From Candidatus Caldatribacterium sp. SIUC1 (GTDB lineage: Bacteria; Atribacterota; Atribacteria; Atribacterales; Caldatribacteriaceae): 32,000 nucleotides of DNA. Shown in pieces: positions 1-6,763 of the stretch. The stretch is from contig NZ_CP189974.1 of assembly GCF_051549785.1 (NCBI RefSeq), positions 911,231 to 943,230 of the forward strand. The letters are read 5' to 3'. Numbering within the stretch: position 1 is the first letter of the stretch; every line of letters begins with the position of its first letter. Both the position numbers and the translations under genes were made by a program. The notes beneath the pieces were generated by a model. The model was not told where the DNA came from and did not search any database. It saw only the letters and a program-made list of their open reading frames with translations.

Positions 1-986
1 ATCCCCACCACCACGAAAAGGGCAATCCAGGAAGGGATGGGGAATTCGAGAAGCAGGGTGGGTGTGGCAAGGTCGGGGTTTTTCAGGCCTGGCAGAAGCA
101 CCAGGGCTCCAAACCCTAAGGTGACGGTGATGAGGGTGTACACAAAACCGTACCCCAGAAACCCTGTGATGGTTTTGCGCATTTCTCTGAGGTTTGCTGG
201 CACAAGAAGCCGCTGGAAAACCTGGGGATTGGAGATACTGAAGAAGAACCAGGGGAGGGAGAGGTTGAGGAAGGTTCGAAAGGTGAAAAAGCCGTTTCCC
301 GGAACACTCAACCACTGGGGATGGGTGGTCTCGACCGTGTGGAAGAAAGCGGAGAATCCCCCAAGAAGGCGCATGACCACAAAGGAGACTAAGGCAACAG
401 AGCTTGCCATCATGATGCCTGCCTGGAGTGCATCGGTTGCCGCCACAGAGCGAAGTCCGGCAATTGTTGTCCAGAGGATGATGAAGCACAGGGCAAGGAG
501 CAGCCCCACAGGGTACCCGATTGTCCCCCGGGAGAGCACCTCAAGGAGGTACCCGATTCCTGTGAGCTGCACGGAGGTATAGGGGATGAGGAAACCCGAA
601 ACGATAAGAGCATACACGGTTCCCACCAGGGGATTCCGGTACTCGAGACTCAGGACCTCTCCAGGGCTCACGCATCCGTGACGTTTGCCGGCTTCCCAGA
701 ACTTCGGTCCCACAAGGACTGCCCAGAAAAGCCCCGAGAGGTAGATGAGCTCAAAGCCTAAAGCACCTACCCCTCCGCGGTAGGTAAGGCCCACAAGCCC
801 AAGCATCATGAAGGCGCTGTAAGTGGTGGCACCATAGGAGAGGGCGGCAATGAGCCAGTGGAGCTTTCGTCCCGCCAGGAAGTACTCGATGAGGCTCAGG
901 CGGGCTCCTCTCCGGACCGCCAGGGCGAAAGCGCTTCCCCATCCGGCGTAGAGCGCGATGGCAAGCCAGAGATACCGCTCACTCAT
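1..986 (-). CDS. Sodium:solute symporter (SSF) family transporter, C-terminus beyond the left window edge
   Basis: Absent from the ORF track because it runs off the edge. Manual reverse translation from ATG (complement 986..984) gives an uninterrupted polytopic membrane protein: MSERYLWLAIALYAGWGSAFALAVRRGARLSLIEYFLAGRKLHWLIAALSYGATTYSAFMMLGLVGLTYRGGVGALGFELIYLSG...AATDALQAGIMM... This N-terminal pattern is typical of PutP/PanF-type SSF proteins. The 181-aa plus-strand ORF 37..582 is its shadow. Confidence 0.85.
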   Translation of the reverse strand, partial: MSERYLWLAIALYAGWGSAFALAVRRGARLSLIEYFLAGRKLHWLIAALSYGATTYSAFMMLGLVGLTYRGGVGALGFELIYLSGLFWAVLVGPKFWEAGKRHGCVSPGEVLSLEYRNPLVGTVYALIVSGFLIPYTSVQLTGIGYLLEVLSRGTIGYPVGLLLALCFIILWTTIAGLRSVAATDALQAGIMMASSVALVSFVVMRLLGGFSAFFHTVETTHPQWLSVPGNGFFTFRTFLNLSLPWFFFSISNPQVFQRLLVPANLREMRKTITGFLGYGFVYTLITVTLGFGALVLLPGLKNPDLATPTLLLEFPIPSWIALFVVVG

Positions 987-1140
987 GCCAAGACCTCATC
1001 ATGCGGAGGAGAAGGAGAATGGCCAGAACTGCAAAGGCGCTCCAGAAGAGGAAGCTCCCACTGAAGCGCTGCACCCGGGAGAGGACGGTGAAGGGAAGAA
1101 GGTACGCTAAAACCACAAGGGAAAGAAAAGCAAGGAGCAC
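979..1140 (-). CDS. Small two-TM membrane protein, translationally coupled to the SSF transporter (DUF3311/DUF4212-like accessory subunit candidate)
   Basis: This is the 3' part of track ORF 979..1242. A GTG at 1140 is preceded by GGGAGGGAGGAG. The product is (M)LLAFLSLVVLAYLLPFTVLSRVQRFSGSFLFWSAFAVLAILLLLRMMRSWHE, with two hydrophobic helices. Its stop overlaps the symporter start by 8 nt (ATGAGTGA). The start codon choice is uncertain. Confidence 0.45.
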   Translation of the reverse strand: MLLAFLSLVVLAYLLPFTVLSRVQRFSGSFLFWSAFAVLAILLLLRMMRSWHE

Positions 1141-1160
1141 TCTCCTCCCTCCCCGCTTTT

Positions 1161-1175
1161 TGCTACAATGTAGCA
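1161..1175. promoter_or_regulatory. Perfect 7-1-7 palindrome TGCTACA-A-TGTAGCA in a divergent intergenic region; reads as an extended -10 on both strands
   Basis: The plus strand reads TGcTACAAT, about 33 nt upstream of ATG 1208. The minus strand reads TGcTACATT, just upstream of the RBS and GTG 1140. Seen directly in sequence. Confidence 0.4.
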
Positions 1176-1207
1176 GAAAGTAGGACGGGAGTAAAGGGGG
1201 AAGAGGG

Positions 1208-1753
1208 ATGTCCAGAGCTTTTCTCGTCATCGATATGCTCAACGACTTCGTGCATCCCGATGGGGTACTCTTTGTGGGGCATCAGGTGCAGGGGGTCATC
1301 GCCACCATCGGAGAACTCCTTGAAGAACGGAGAAAGCAGAAAGACCTCATCATTTATGTGTGCGATGCCCATCGCAGGGATGACGCCGAATTCCGGCTCT
1401 TTCCGCCGCACTGTGTGGAAGGGACCTGGGGGGCACAGGTGGTTGCGGACCTTGCGCCCCAGGAAGGGGATTTCGTTCTTCCAAAAACGAAGTTCAGTGC
1501 GTTCCTTGGAACACCCCTTGACCTCATTCTCCGGGAAAAGAACGTCACGCACCTTGAGCTTGTGGGAGTGTGCACGAATATCTGCGTGCTGTACACCTGC
1601 GCCTTTGCGCGGATGCTCCATTACGAGGTGACGGTTTTCCGGGAGGGGGTGACCTCCTTTGACCTTGGAGCCCATGAGTGGGCGCTCCGGGAGATGGAGA
1701 ACACCCTGAAGGCGGAGGTTCGCTCATGCGGGAAGTCATCCAGAGCGCAGTGA
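1208..1753 (+). CDS. Cysteine hydrolase / isochorismatase-family protein, nicotinamidase (PncA)-like
   Basis: 181 aa. N-terminal LVIDMLNDF carries the catalytic Asp context. CDAH...FPPHCVEGTWGA resembles the nicotinamidase metal-site/HCV motif. LPKTKFSAF (Lys) and GVCTNICV (nucleophile Cys) are also present. Confidence 0.8.
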   Translation: MSRAFLVIDMLNDFVHPDGVLFVGHQVQGVIATIGELLEERRKQKDLIIYVCDAHRRDDAEFRLFPPHCVEGTWGAQVVADLAPQEGDFVLPKTKFSAFLGTPLDLILREKNVTHLELVGVCTNICVLYTCAFARMLHYEVTVFREGVTSFDLGAHEWALREMENTLKAEVRSCGKSSRAQ

Positions 1754-2619
1754 ACGTGAGCACGTCGTCTTCTGCAGTCGTTCAGGAGATGGTGGAGCGT
1801 CTTGCTGCTTTTGAAAACCTGAAGGTGGCGGATTATTCCCTGGATCCGGACCACAACCGTTCGGTCGTCACCCTCCTTGGGGCCCAGAAGGCCCTGGAGG
1901 CGGCCATTCCCATCTTTTTTGAGGTTGCCGAAAAGTACCTCGATATTCGCCTGCACCGGGGAGAACATCCCCGCATCGGCATTGTGGATGTGATTCCCTT
2001 CACGCCCTGGAGGGGTGTCGGGATGGAGGAGTGCAAGGCGCTGGCCTGGCGGGTAGGGGAGGAGATTGCCCGCCGTTTCCGCGTTCCGGTGTATTTCTAC
2101 GGGGAAGCCGCAAGAAGGCCTGAACACCGGGACCTTTCACAGATTCGCCGGGGAGGGTATGAAGTTCTGCGAGAGGAAATCGCCCGTGTTCCGGAACGCT
2201 TCCCCGATGCCGGCCCCTACGAGGTGCACCCCACGCTGGGGGCTACAGCCATAGGAGCTCGGGGACCGCTTGTGGCCTTCAACGTGAATCTCAGAACCCA
2301 GGATGTCAGTGTGGCCCGAAAAATCGCCGCACGGGTTCGGGGAGGGTTGCAGGCGGTGAAGGCCATTGGGGTTGAGCTTAAAACCCGGGGAATGGTTCAG
2401 GTTTCTATGAACGTCCTGGACTTCCGGCGGAACTCGCTCCTTGAGGTTTTCAGGCTTGTGGCCCTTGAAGCTCGCCGATATGGCGTGGACGTGGCGGGAT
2501 CAGAAATCATCGGTCTTGTCCCCCTCGAGGCTCTGGTAGATCTTGCGCAGGTTGTCCTTGGCATTCCCGATTTGCGGGTGAGTCAGGTGGTGGAGCACCA
2601 TCTGGCGGACGGTTTTTGA
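1726..2619 (+). CDS. Glutamate formimidoyltransferase (FtcD N-terminal formiminotransferase domain only)
   Basis: MREVIQSAVNVS...DPDHNRSVVTLLG...HPRIGIVDVIPFTP...GATAIGARGPLVAFNVNL matches the formiminotransferase N and C subdomains. ATG 1726 is preceded by GGAGG. It overlaps the upstream gene by 28 nt. No cyclodeaminase domain is present. Confidence 0.85.
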   Translation: MREVIQSAVNVSTSSSAVVQEMVERLAAFENLKVADYSLDPDHNRSVVTLLGAQKALEAAIPIFFEVAEKYLDIRLHRGEHPRIGIVDVIPFTPWRGVGMEECKALAWRVGEEIARRFRVPVYFYGEAARRPEHRDLSQIRRGGYEVLREEIARVPERFPDAGPYEVHPTLGATAIGARGPLVAFNVNLRTQDVSVARKIAARVRGGLQAVKAIGVELKTRGMVQVSMNVLDFRRNSLLEVFRLVALEARRYGVDVAGSEIIGLVPLEALVDLAQVVLGIPDLRVSQVVEHHLADGF

Positions 2620-2638
2620 CTTTTTTTGACTAACCCCC

Positions 2639-2667
2639 TTGACAGTTTGACCTTACTTGATTATAAT
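2639..2667 (+). promoter_or_regulatory. Consensus sigma70-type promoter of hsp20: TTGACA-17 nt-TATAAT
   Basis: TTGACA at 2639..2644, an exact 17-nt spacer, and TATAAT at 2662..2667. This lies about 50 nt upstream of ATG 2717 and is preceded by T-rich TTTTTGAC repeats. Confidence 0.7.
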
Positions 2668-2716
2668 GGGAGCCGGACTCGAGAACGCTCGAAGACAGCG
2701 AAAGGAGGGATGACCT

Positions 2717-3202
2717 ATGGTGAGAAGAAGCGTTCCTGCCCGTCGCGAAGAGCGGCGAGTGAGCCCAATTCGGAGGCTCTGGGATCTCTTTGATCTCCGC
2801 AGTGACCTTGACGAAATCTTCGACGAACTCCTGGAGGCACCATTCTTCAGCGCACCGTCTTGGTTTGGCAACTTCCCTGCTGTAGACGTTGCTGAAACCG
2901 AGAACGACGTCATCGTCAAGGCAGAAATCCCGGGAATTGACCCCAAGAACCTTGAAGTGCACGTCACCGAAGACTCCCTGGACATCAAAGGTGAAGTGAA
3001 GGACGAGTGGGAGGAACGGGACGTTGGATACTGCCGCAGAGAACGTTACTGTGGTGCCTTTGAACGCACCATCGCTCTTCCAGCAAAGGTGAAGCAGGAC
3101 GAGGTGAAGGCGCAGTACAAGGACGGCATCCTCACCATTACGCTCCCCAAAGTCGAACCGAGCAAACCCAAGGCCAGGAAGGTCGAAATCGAGGTGGCAT
3201 AG
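2717..3202 (+). CDS. hsp20: Hsp20/alpha-crystallin family small heat-shock protein
   Basis: 161 aa. The alpha-crystallin domain is PAVDVAETENDVIVKAEIPGIDPKNLEVHV...FERTIALPAKV...KAQYKDGILTITLPK. AGGAGGG lies 7 nt upstream of the ATG. Confidence 0.95.
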   Translation: MVRRSVPARREERRVSPIRRLWDLFDLRSDLDEIFDELLEAPFFSAPSWFGNFPAVDVAETENDVIVKAEIPGIDPKNLEVHVTEDSLDIKGEVKDEWEERDVGYCRRERYCGAFERTIALPAKVKQDEVKAQYKDGILTITLPKVEPSKPKARKVEIEVA

Positions 3203-3213
3203 CATTCCAGAAA

Positions 3214-3252
3214 AAGCCCCGGAGAGGATCCCCTCTCCGGGGCTTTTCTTTT
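3214..3252 (+). terminator. Rho-independent terminator of hsp20
   Basis: Perfect 14-bp stem AAGCCCCGGAGAGG/CCTCTCCGGGGCTT with a 4-nt loop, followed by TTTTCTTTT. An A-run upstream could make it bidirectional. Confidence 0.85.
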
Positions 3253-3285
3253 CCCCCCAAAATGTGTACAATGTAAAAGAGGTGT

Positions 3286-3363
3286 CGGGGCGTGGCGCAG
3301 CCTGGTAAGCGCACACGGTTCGGGACCGTGGTGTCGGCCGTTCAAATCGGCTCGCCCCGACCA
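3286..3363 (+). tRNA. tRNA-Pro (anticodon CGG), CCA encoded
   Basis: Cloverleaf folded by hand. Acceptor CGGGGCG/CGCCCCG, D stem GCGC/GCGC, anticodon stem CACGG/CCGTG with loop TTCGGGA. T arm GGCCG-TTCAAAT-CGGCT, discriminator A, then CCA. Confidence 0.95.
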
Positions 3364-3379
3364 GTTTCCGGGTGATAGG

Positions 3380-3964
3380 ATGATCTACTATCTCTGTAAG
3401 TACCTCGCCCTTTTTCTTCTCAAGCTCTTCTCCTCCTTTCGGGCAAGTGGCAGAGAACATATCCCCCGGTATGGTCCCTGTTTCCTGGTTTCGAACCATT
3501 CGAGTTACCTTGACCCCGTGGTCCTCGGATGCGCTTCACCCCGGCGTGTGTACTTTGTGGCCAAGGAGGAGCTCTTCCGGAACCCACTTGCCGCGTTTTT
3601 CCTGAGGCAGCTCGGGGCCTTCCCCCTGCGAAGAGGCGAGGTGGACAAAGAGGCGGTGCAGACGATTTTCCGGCTCCTCCGGGAGGGGAAGGTGGTCTGT
3701 TTTTTCCCCGAGGGAACCCGGAATGAAGGAACGCTTTTGCCCTTTCGCAAGGGTGCCCTGAAGCTCTTGCTCCGGGGGAATGCCCCAATTGTGGTGGCAA
3801 GCATCCGGGGAACGTACGAGAGCTTTTCCCGGCACCGGAAGTTCCCCCGTCCCTTTCCCATCCGGGTGGTGTTTTCCCCGCCCTTTTCTCCGGAAGGCCT
3901 GACTCCTGAGACCCTCGAGGACGAAATACGCAAACGTATGGAGGTTGCCTTTCATGGTTCGTAG
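3380..3964 (+). CDS. plsC: 1-acyl-sn-glycerol-3-phosphate acyltransferase
   Basis: 194 aa. Contains the acyltransferase HX4D motif (NHSSYLD) and the FPEGTR motif. Starts only 16 nt after the tRNA-Pro CCA end. Confidence 0.9.
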   Translation: MIYYLCKYLALFLLKLFSSFRASGREHIPRYGPCFLVSNHSSYLDPVVLGCASPRRVYFVAKEELFRNPLAAFFLRQLGAFPLRRGEVDKEAVQTIFRLLREGKVVCFFPEGTRNEGTLLPFRKGALKLLLRGNAPIVVASIRGTYESFSRHRKFPRPFPIRVVFSPPFSPEGLTPETLEDEIRKRMEVAFHGS

Positions 3965-5297
3965 AATGCTCCCCATCATCCTCTTTGGCTTTTTTTTGAC
4001 CTCTTCGGCGCTTGCTCTGGTTTTCAGGATTGATGCGGTTTTCGAGGAAGTGGGAGGAGAGATACCCCTTCTGGACTACCCGGTGGGCATTGCTGTGGAC
4101 GACGCAGGGGGAAGGGTATTCGTGAGCGACTGGGGGAATAACAGGGTTCTGGTGCTTGATAAAGCGGGGAAGCTTCTCCGGGAAATCAGGGACCTGAAGA
4201 GTCCTGCAGGGCTTGCCCTTGACAGAGAGCGGGGGAGGCTCTTTGTGGTGGAGCAGAAGGGGAACCGGGTAACTGTCTTCGACCTTGAGACGCTCAGTCC
4301 CCGGGGGAGCCTGAAGACCAGAAAGACTCCCCTAAGTGAGCCCCGGGGGATCTGGGTAGCGCAGGACGGTACGGTTTATGTTGCGGATACAGGACGGTCG
4401 CGCATCGTGGCCTTTGGGGTTCAGGGAGAGGAACTCTTTGCCTTTGGCCGGGAAGGTATGGGGGACAACGAGTTCTACCAGCCCAGAGGAGTGGCCTATG
4501 ACCCAAAGGAGCGCATCTGGGTGGTGGATACCCTCCATCACTGCGTGAAGGTTTTCGACGGAAAGGGAAACTACCTCTTTCGTTTCGGTGAGGGTCTCAA
4601 TCAGCCCCGCTACGTTGGCTTCTTTGGCGATCTTGCCTTTCTCTCCGATTACCGGAACCACCGGATTCTCGTCTATGACCTCCAGGGGGTGCTCCAGGGT
4701 GCTATTGGTGAAGAGGAGAAACTCTTCTCCTTTCCCGAGGGGCTCTGGATTGATGGTGAGGGGAAGCTCTGGGTGGCCGATGCTGGGAACAACCGGATTG
4801 TTCGAATTGACCTGGGGTACCTTGCCCATCCTGAGGAGTACCTGAAAACCCTCCTTGCGGAGGGGAAGGACGAGGAGTTCTTTGAGGTCCTGGGTCGCCT
4901 GTCTCCTGAGGTCTGCAGGCGACCCGAGATTGGTCGTTTGCTCTTTGAGGCGTACAGGCGCCGGGGAGACCTTGAGGCACTCATTGCCCAGGCGGAAGAG
5001 CTTTTTCTCTCCGATGAAGAGGAGCGCTCCCGGTGGAAGAGGACGCTTGGTGAGCTCTACGCCGAACGGGGACGTATCCTCGCCGGGCAGGGCTCTTTTG
5101 AGGAAGCGAAGGGCTTCCTGCTCCGGTCCTTCCGGTACGGTCGACTGGCTTCGCTTTTCTCCTACCTCTGGCTTGCTTTCCTGAGTGCAGGAGGAGAGTA
5201 CCTTGGCATCCTCCTGCTCTTTGTGCTTTTGGGGGTGTTACTCTTTGTCTACCTGCGGCTTCGAGCCGAGCGGGAGAGGAGGTGGCGCCGGTGGTGA
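3954..5297 (+). CDS. NHL-repeat beta-propeller protein with N-terminal signal/anchor, C-terminal helical (TPR-like) region and C-terminal TM helix
   Basis: Repeated NHL-type blades: PVGIAVDDAGGRVFVSDWGNNRVLVLD, PAGLALDRERGRLFVVEQKGNRVTVFD, PRGIWVAQDGTVYVADTGRSRIVAF, PRGVAYDPKERIWVVDTLHHCVKVFD, PEGLWIDGEGKLWVADAGNNRIVRI. N-terminal hydrophobic segment LPIILFGFFLTSSALALVF. C-terminal LGILLLFVLLGVLLFVYL followed by an Arg-rich tail. ATG 3954 has GGAGG 9 nt upstream; TTG 3945 is an alternative start. Confidence 0.8.
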   Translation: MVRRMLPIILFGFFLTSSALALVFRIDAVFEEVGGEIPLLDYPVGIAVDDAGGRVFVSDWGNNRVLVLDKAGKLLREIRDLKSPAGLALDRERGRLFVVEQKGNRVTVFDLETLSPRGSLKTRKTPLSEPRGIWVAQDGTVYVADTGRSRIVAFGVQGEELFAFGREGMGDNEFYQPRGVAYDPKERIWVVDTLHHCVKVFDGKGNYLFRFGEGLNQPRYVGFFGDLAFLSDYRNHRILVYDLQGVLQGAIGEEEKLFSFPEGLWIDGEGKLWVADAGNNRIVRIDLGYLAHPEEYLKTLLAEGKDEEFFEVLGRLSPEVCRRPEIGRLLFEAYRRRGDLEALIAQAEELFLSDEEERSRWKRTLGELYAERGRILAGQGSFEEAKGFLLRSFRYGRLASLFSYLWLAFLSAGGEYLGILLLFVLLGVLLFVYLRLRAERERRWRRW

Positions 5298-6130
5298 GGA
5301 AAGAGGCGGTGGCAGGGTACTTCTATCCGGGAAAAGCCGAGGAGCTGCGGCTTCTTTTTGAGGAACTCTCCGCCTCTGCGTCGCGGGTTTTTCCGGAAGA
5401 TCTCTCCGGGCTTCAGGATGCCAGTGGTGTGGTGAGCCCTCACGCCGGGTATATCTACTCGGGGGTGGCCGCCTGCGTTGCCCATCGCTTTCTCGCCCTT
5501 CTCCCCCCTGCACGGACGATTGTGCTCCTTGGTCCAAATCACCGGGGGGTGGGGAAACGGGTGGCCATAAGCAACGCTGAGTACTGGCAGACCCCTCTGG
5601 GGCGGGTACCTGTGGACAGGGAGTCGGTGGAGTTCCTTCTCTCGTACTCTTCGATGTTCGCCCTGGATGAACTGGCGCATCAGTTTGAGCACTCTCTTGA
5701 GGTTCAGGTCCCCTTCCTCCAACACTTCCTGCCTTACGAATTCCAGATTCTCCCCATTGCCCTGCTTTCCCAGGACAGGGCAACGTCTGAAGCCTTGGGG
5801 GAGGCCCTTTTTGCCCTTTCGGAGAAGAAGCGGATTCTCGTTGTGGCAAGCAGCGACTTCTCCCACTACGAGCCGGAAGCGGTGGCCCGGACCAAAGACA
5901 TAAAGGTCATTGATCGCATCTGCGCCCTGGATGTTGAGGGATTCTACCGGGTACTCCGGGAGAGAGACGTGAGCGTCTGTGGACCTGGAGGAATCGCTGC
6001 GCTCCTTGTGTACCACAAAAAGCGGGGAGGGAAAAGGGGCGAACTCCTCTTCTATACCCACAGCGGTGAGGTGACGGGTGAACGGCACCAAGTGGTTGGG
6101 TACGCGGCGGTCGCCTTTCCCCTGCCGTGA
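5282..6130 (+). CDS. Memo-family protein (AmmeMemoRadiSam system protein B homolog)
   Basis: 282 aa with a GTG start. AGYFYPG...[10 protein letters not shown]...LGPNH...[12 protein letters not shown]...SSDFSHY...VCGPGGI are the conserved Memo/extradiol-dioxygenase-like motifs. Overlaps the NHL gene by 16 nt. Confidence 0.85.
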   Translation: MAPVVRKEAVAGYFYPGKAEELRLLFEELSASASRVFPEDLSGLQDASGVVSPHAGYIYSGVAACVAHRFLALLPPARTIVLLGPNHRGVGKRVAISNAEYWQTPLGRVPVDRESVEFLLSYSSMFALDELAHQFEHSLEVQVPFLQHFLPYEFQILPIALLSQDRATSEALGEALFALSEKKRILVVASSDFSHYEPEAVARTKDIKVIDRICALDVEGFYRVLRERDVSVCGPGGIAALLVYHKKRGGKRGELLFYTHSGEVTGERHQVVGYAAVAFPLP

Positions 6131-6160
6131 AAAATATTTTTCCTCTCCCCTTGACAGGGG

Positions 6161-6189
6161 GTGTAGGGGGTGGTACTCTAAGCACAACG
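6161..6189 (+). promoter_or_regulatory. Candidate csp promoter: TTGACA-17 nt-TGgTACTCT
   Basis: TTGACA at 6161..6166 and a 17-nt G-rich spacer ending in TG (6181..6182). The -10-like hexamer TACTCT is at 6184..6189, about 40 nt upstream of ATG 6231. Confidence 0.45.
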
Positions 6190-6230
6190 CTTGCGCAAGC
6201 GTCAAGTTCAGATTGAGGAGGCTCAATTCA

Positions 6231-6431
6231 ATGGCAACAGGAAAAGTCAAGTGGTTCAGCACCACCAAGGGGTACGGGTTCATCTCTTCCGACCAGGGTG
6301 GTGACGTGTTTGTGCACTACACGGCAATCGAAGGAAACGGCTTCAAGACCCTCGAAGAGGGTCAGGCAGTGGAGTTCGATATCCAGCAGGGGGCAAAAGG
6401 CCCTCAGGCTGTTCGCGTGCGAAGAATATAG
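6231..6431 (+). CDS. csp: Cold-shock protein (CspA family)
   Basis: 66 aa: [66 protein letters not shown], containing the RNP1 (KGYGFI) and RNP2 (VFVHY) motifs. GAGGAGG lies upstream. The upstream extension to 6078 in the track is non-coding. Confidence 0.95.
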   Translation: MATGKVKWFSTTKGYGFISSDQGGDVFVHYTAIEGNGFKTLEEGQAVEFDIQQGAKGPQAVRVRRI

Positions 6432-6451
6432 CACTCTTCCGGAAAAGCCAG

Positions 6452-6488
6452 AAAGCCCACCACTGGTGTGGTGGGCTTTTTCTTTTTC
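6452..6488 (+). terminator. Rho-independent terminator of csp
   Basis: 12-bp perfect stem AAAGCCCACCAC/GTGGTGGGCTTT with loop TGGT, followed by TTTTCTTTTT. Confidence 0.85.
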
Positions 6489-6496
6489 TGCCCCCA

Positions 6497-6505
6497 TGCT
6501 ATAAT
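6497..6505 (+). promoter_or_regulatory. Extended -10 promoter element TGcTATAAT upstream of rpmE
   Basis: TG at 6497..6498 and TATAAT at 6500..6505, about 32 nt upstream of ATG 6538. No good -35, as expected for extended -10 promoters. Confidence 0.6.
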
Positions 6506-6537
6506 TATTCCCACGCGCTGAAAGGAAGGTGGAGGAG

Positions 6538-6744
6538 ATGAAAAAAGGCATTCACCCCGAGTACGCCGAGACCCGGGTCATCTGTGCCTGCGGGAACACG
6601 TTCGTGACAAGGTCGACGAAGTTCCCCGAAATTCGGGTGGAAATCTGCGCCAAGTGCCATCCCTTCTTCACTGGTCAGCAGAAACTGGTGGACACGACCG
6701 GAAGGGTGGAGAAGTTCCGCAGTAAATACGGGGATAACTACTGA
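6538..6744 (+). CDS. rpmE: 50S ribosomal protein L31 (zinc-ribbon type)
   Basis: [27 protein letters not shown]...[24 protein letters not shown], including the CxC...CxxC zinc motif. AAAGGAAGG lies 8 nt upstream of the ATG. Confidence 0.95.
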   Translation: MKKGIHPEYAETRVICACGNTFVTRSTKFPEIRVEICAKCHPFFTGQQKLVDTTGRVEKFRSKYGDNY

Positions 6745-6763
6745 CCCCGGTCCCGCGAATCCC

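Noticed and set aside
37-582. 181-aa plus-strand ORF at the left edge
   Set aside because: It is an Arg-rich, non-membrane translation opposite a clean SSF transporter reading frame that runs uninterrupted from 986 to the window edge.
2668-2716. Possible RNA thermometer (ROSE or fourU type) in the hsp20 5' leader
   Set aside because: Only a 5-bp hairpin (TCGAG-AACG-CTCGA) is present, and it does not pair with the AGGAGGG Shine-Dalgarno. No U(U/C)GCU or UUUU anti-SD stretch is present.
2630-3499. 289-aa minus-strand ORF spanning hsp20, its terminator and tRNA-Pro
   Set aside because: It crosses a strong terminator hairpin and a tRNA gene, and it is antisense to hsp20. This is implausible as a gene.
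6078-6230. N-terminal extensions offered by the ORF track for csp (6078), DUF1385 (7258), atpC (13814), atpD (15310), atpE (18557), infB (21379), rbfA (23536) and the adaptor (28307)
   Set aside because: In each case the conserved protein begins at an internal ATG or GTG preceded by a Shine-Dalgarno. The extension overlaps the upstream gene or a promoter and has atypical composition.
5249-6283. 344-aa minus-strand ORF antisense to the Memo-family gene and the csp promoter
   Set aside because: It has no motifs, it spans an obvious promoter, and the opposite strand encodes a well-conserved protein. It is a shadow ORF.
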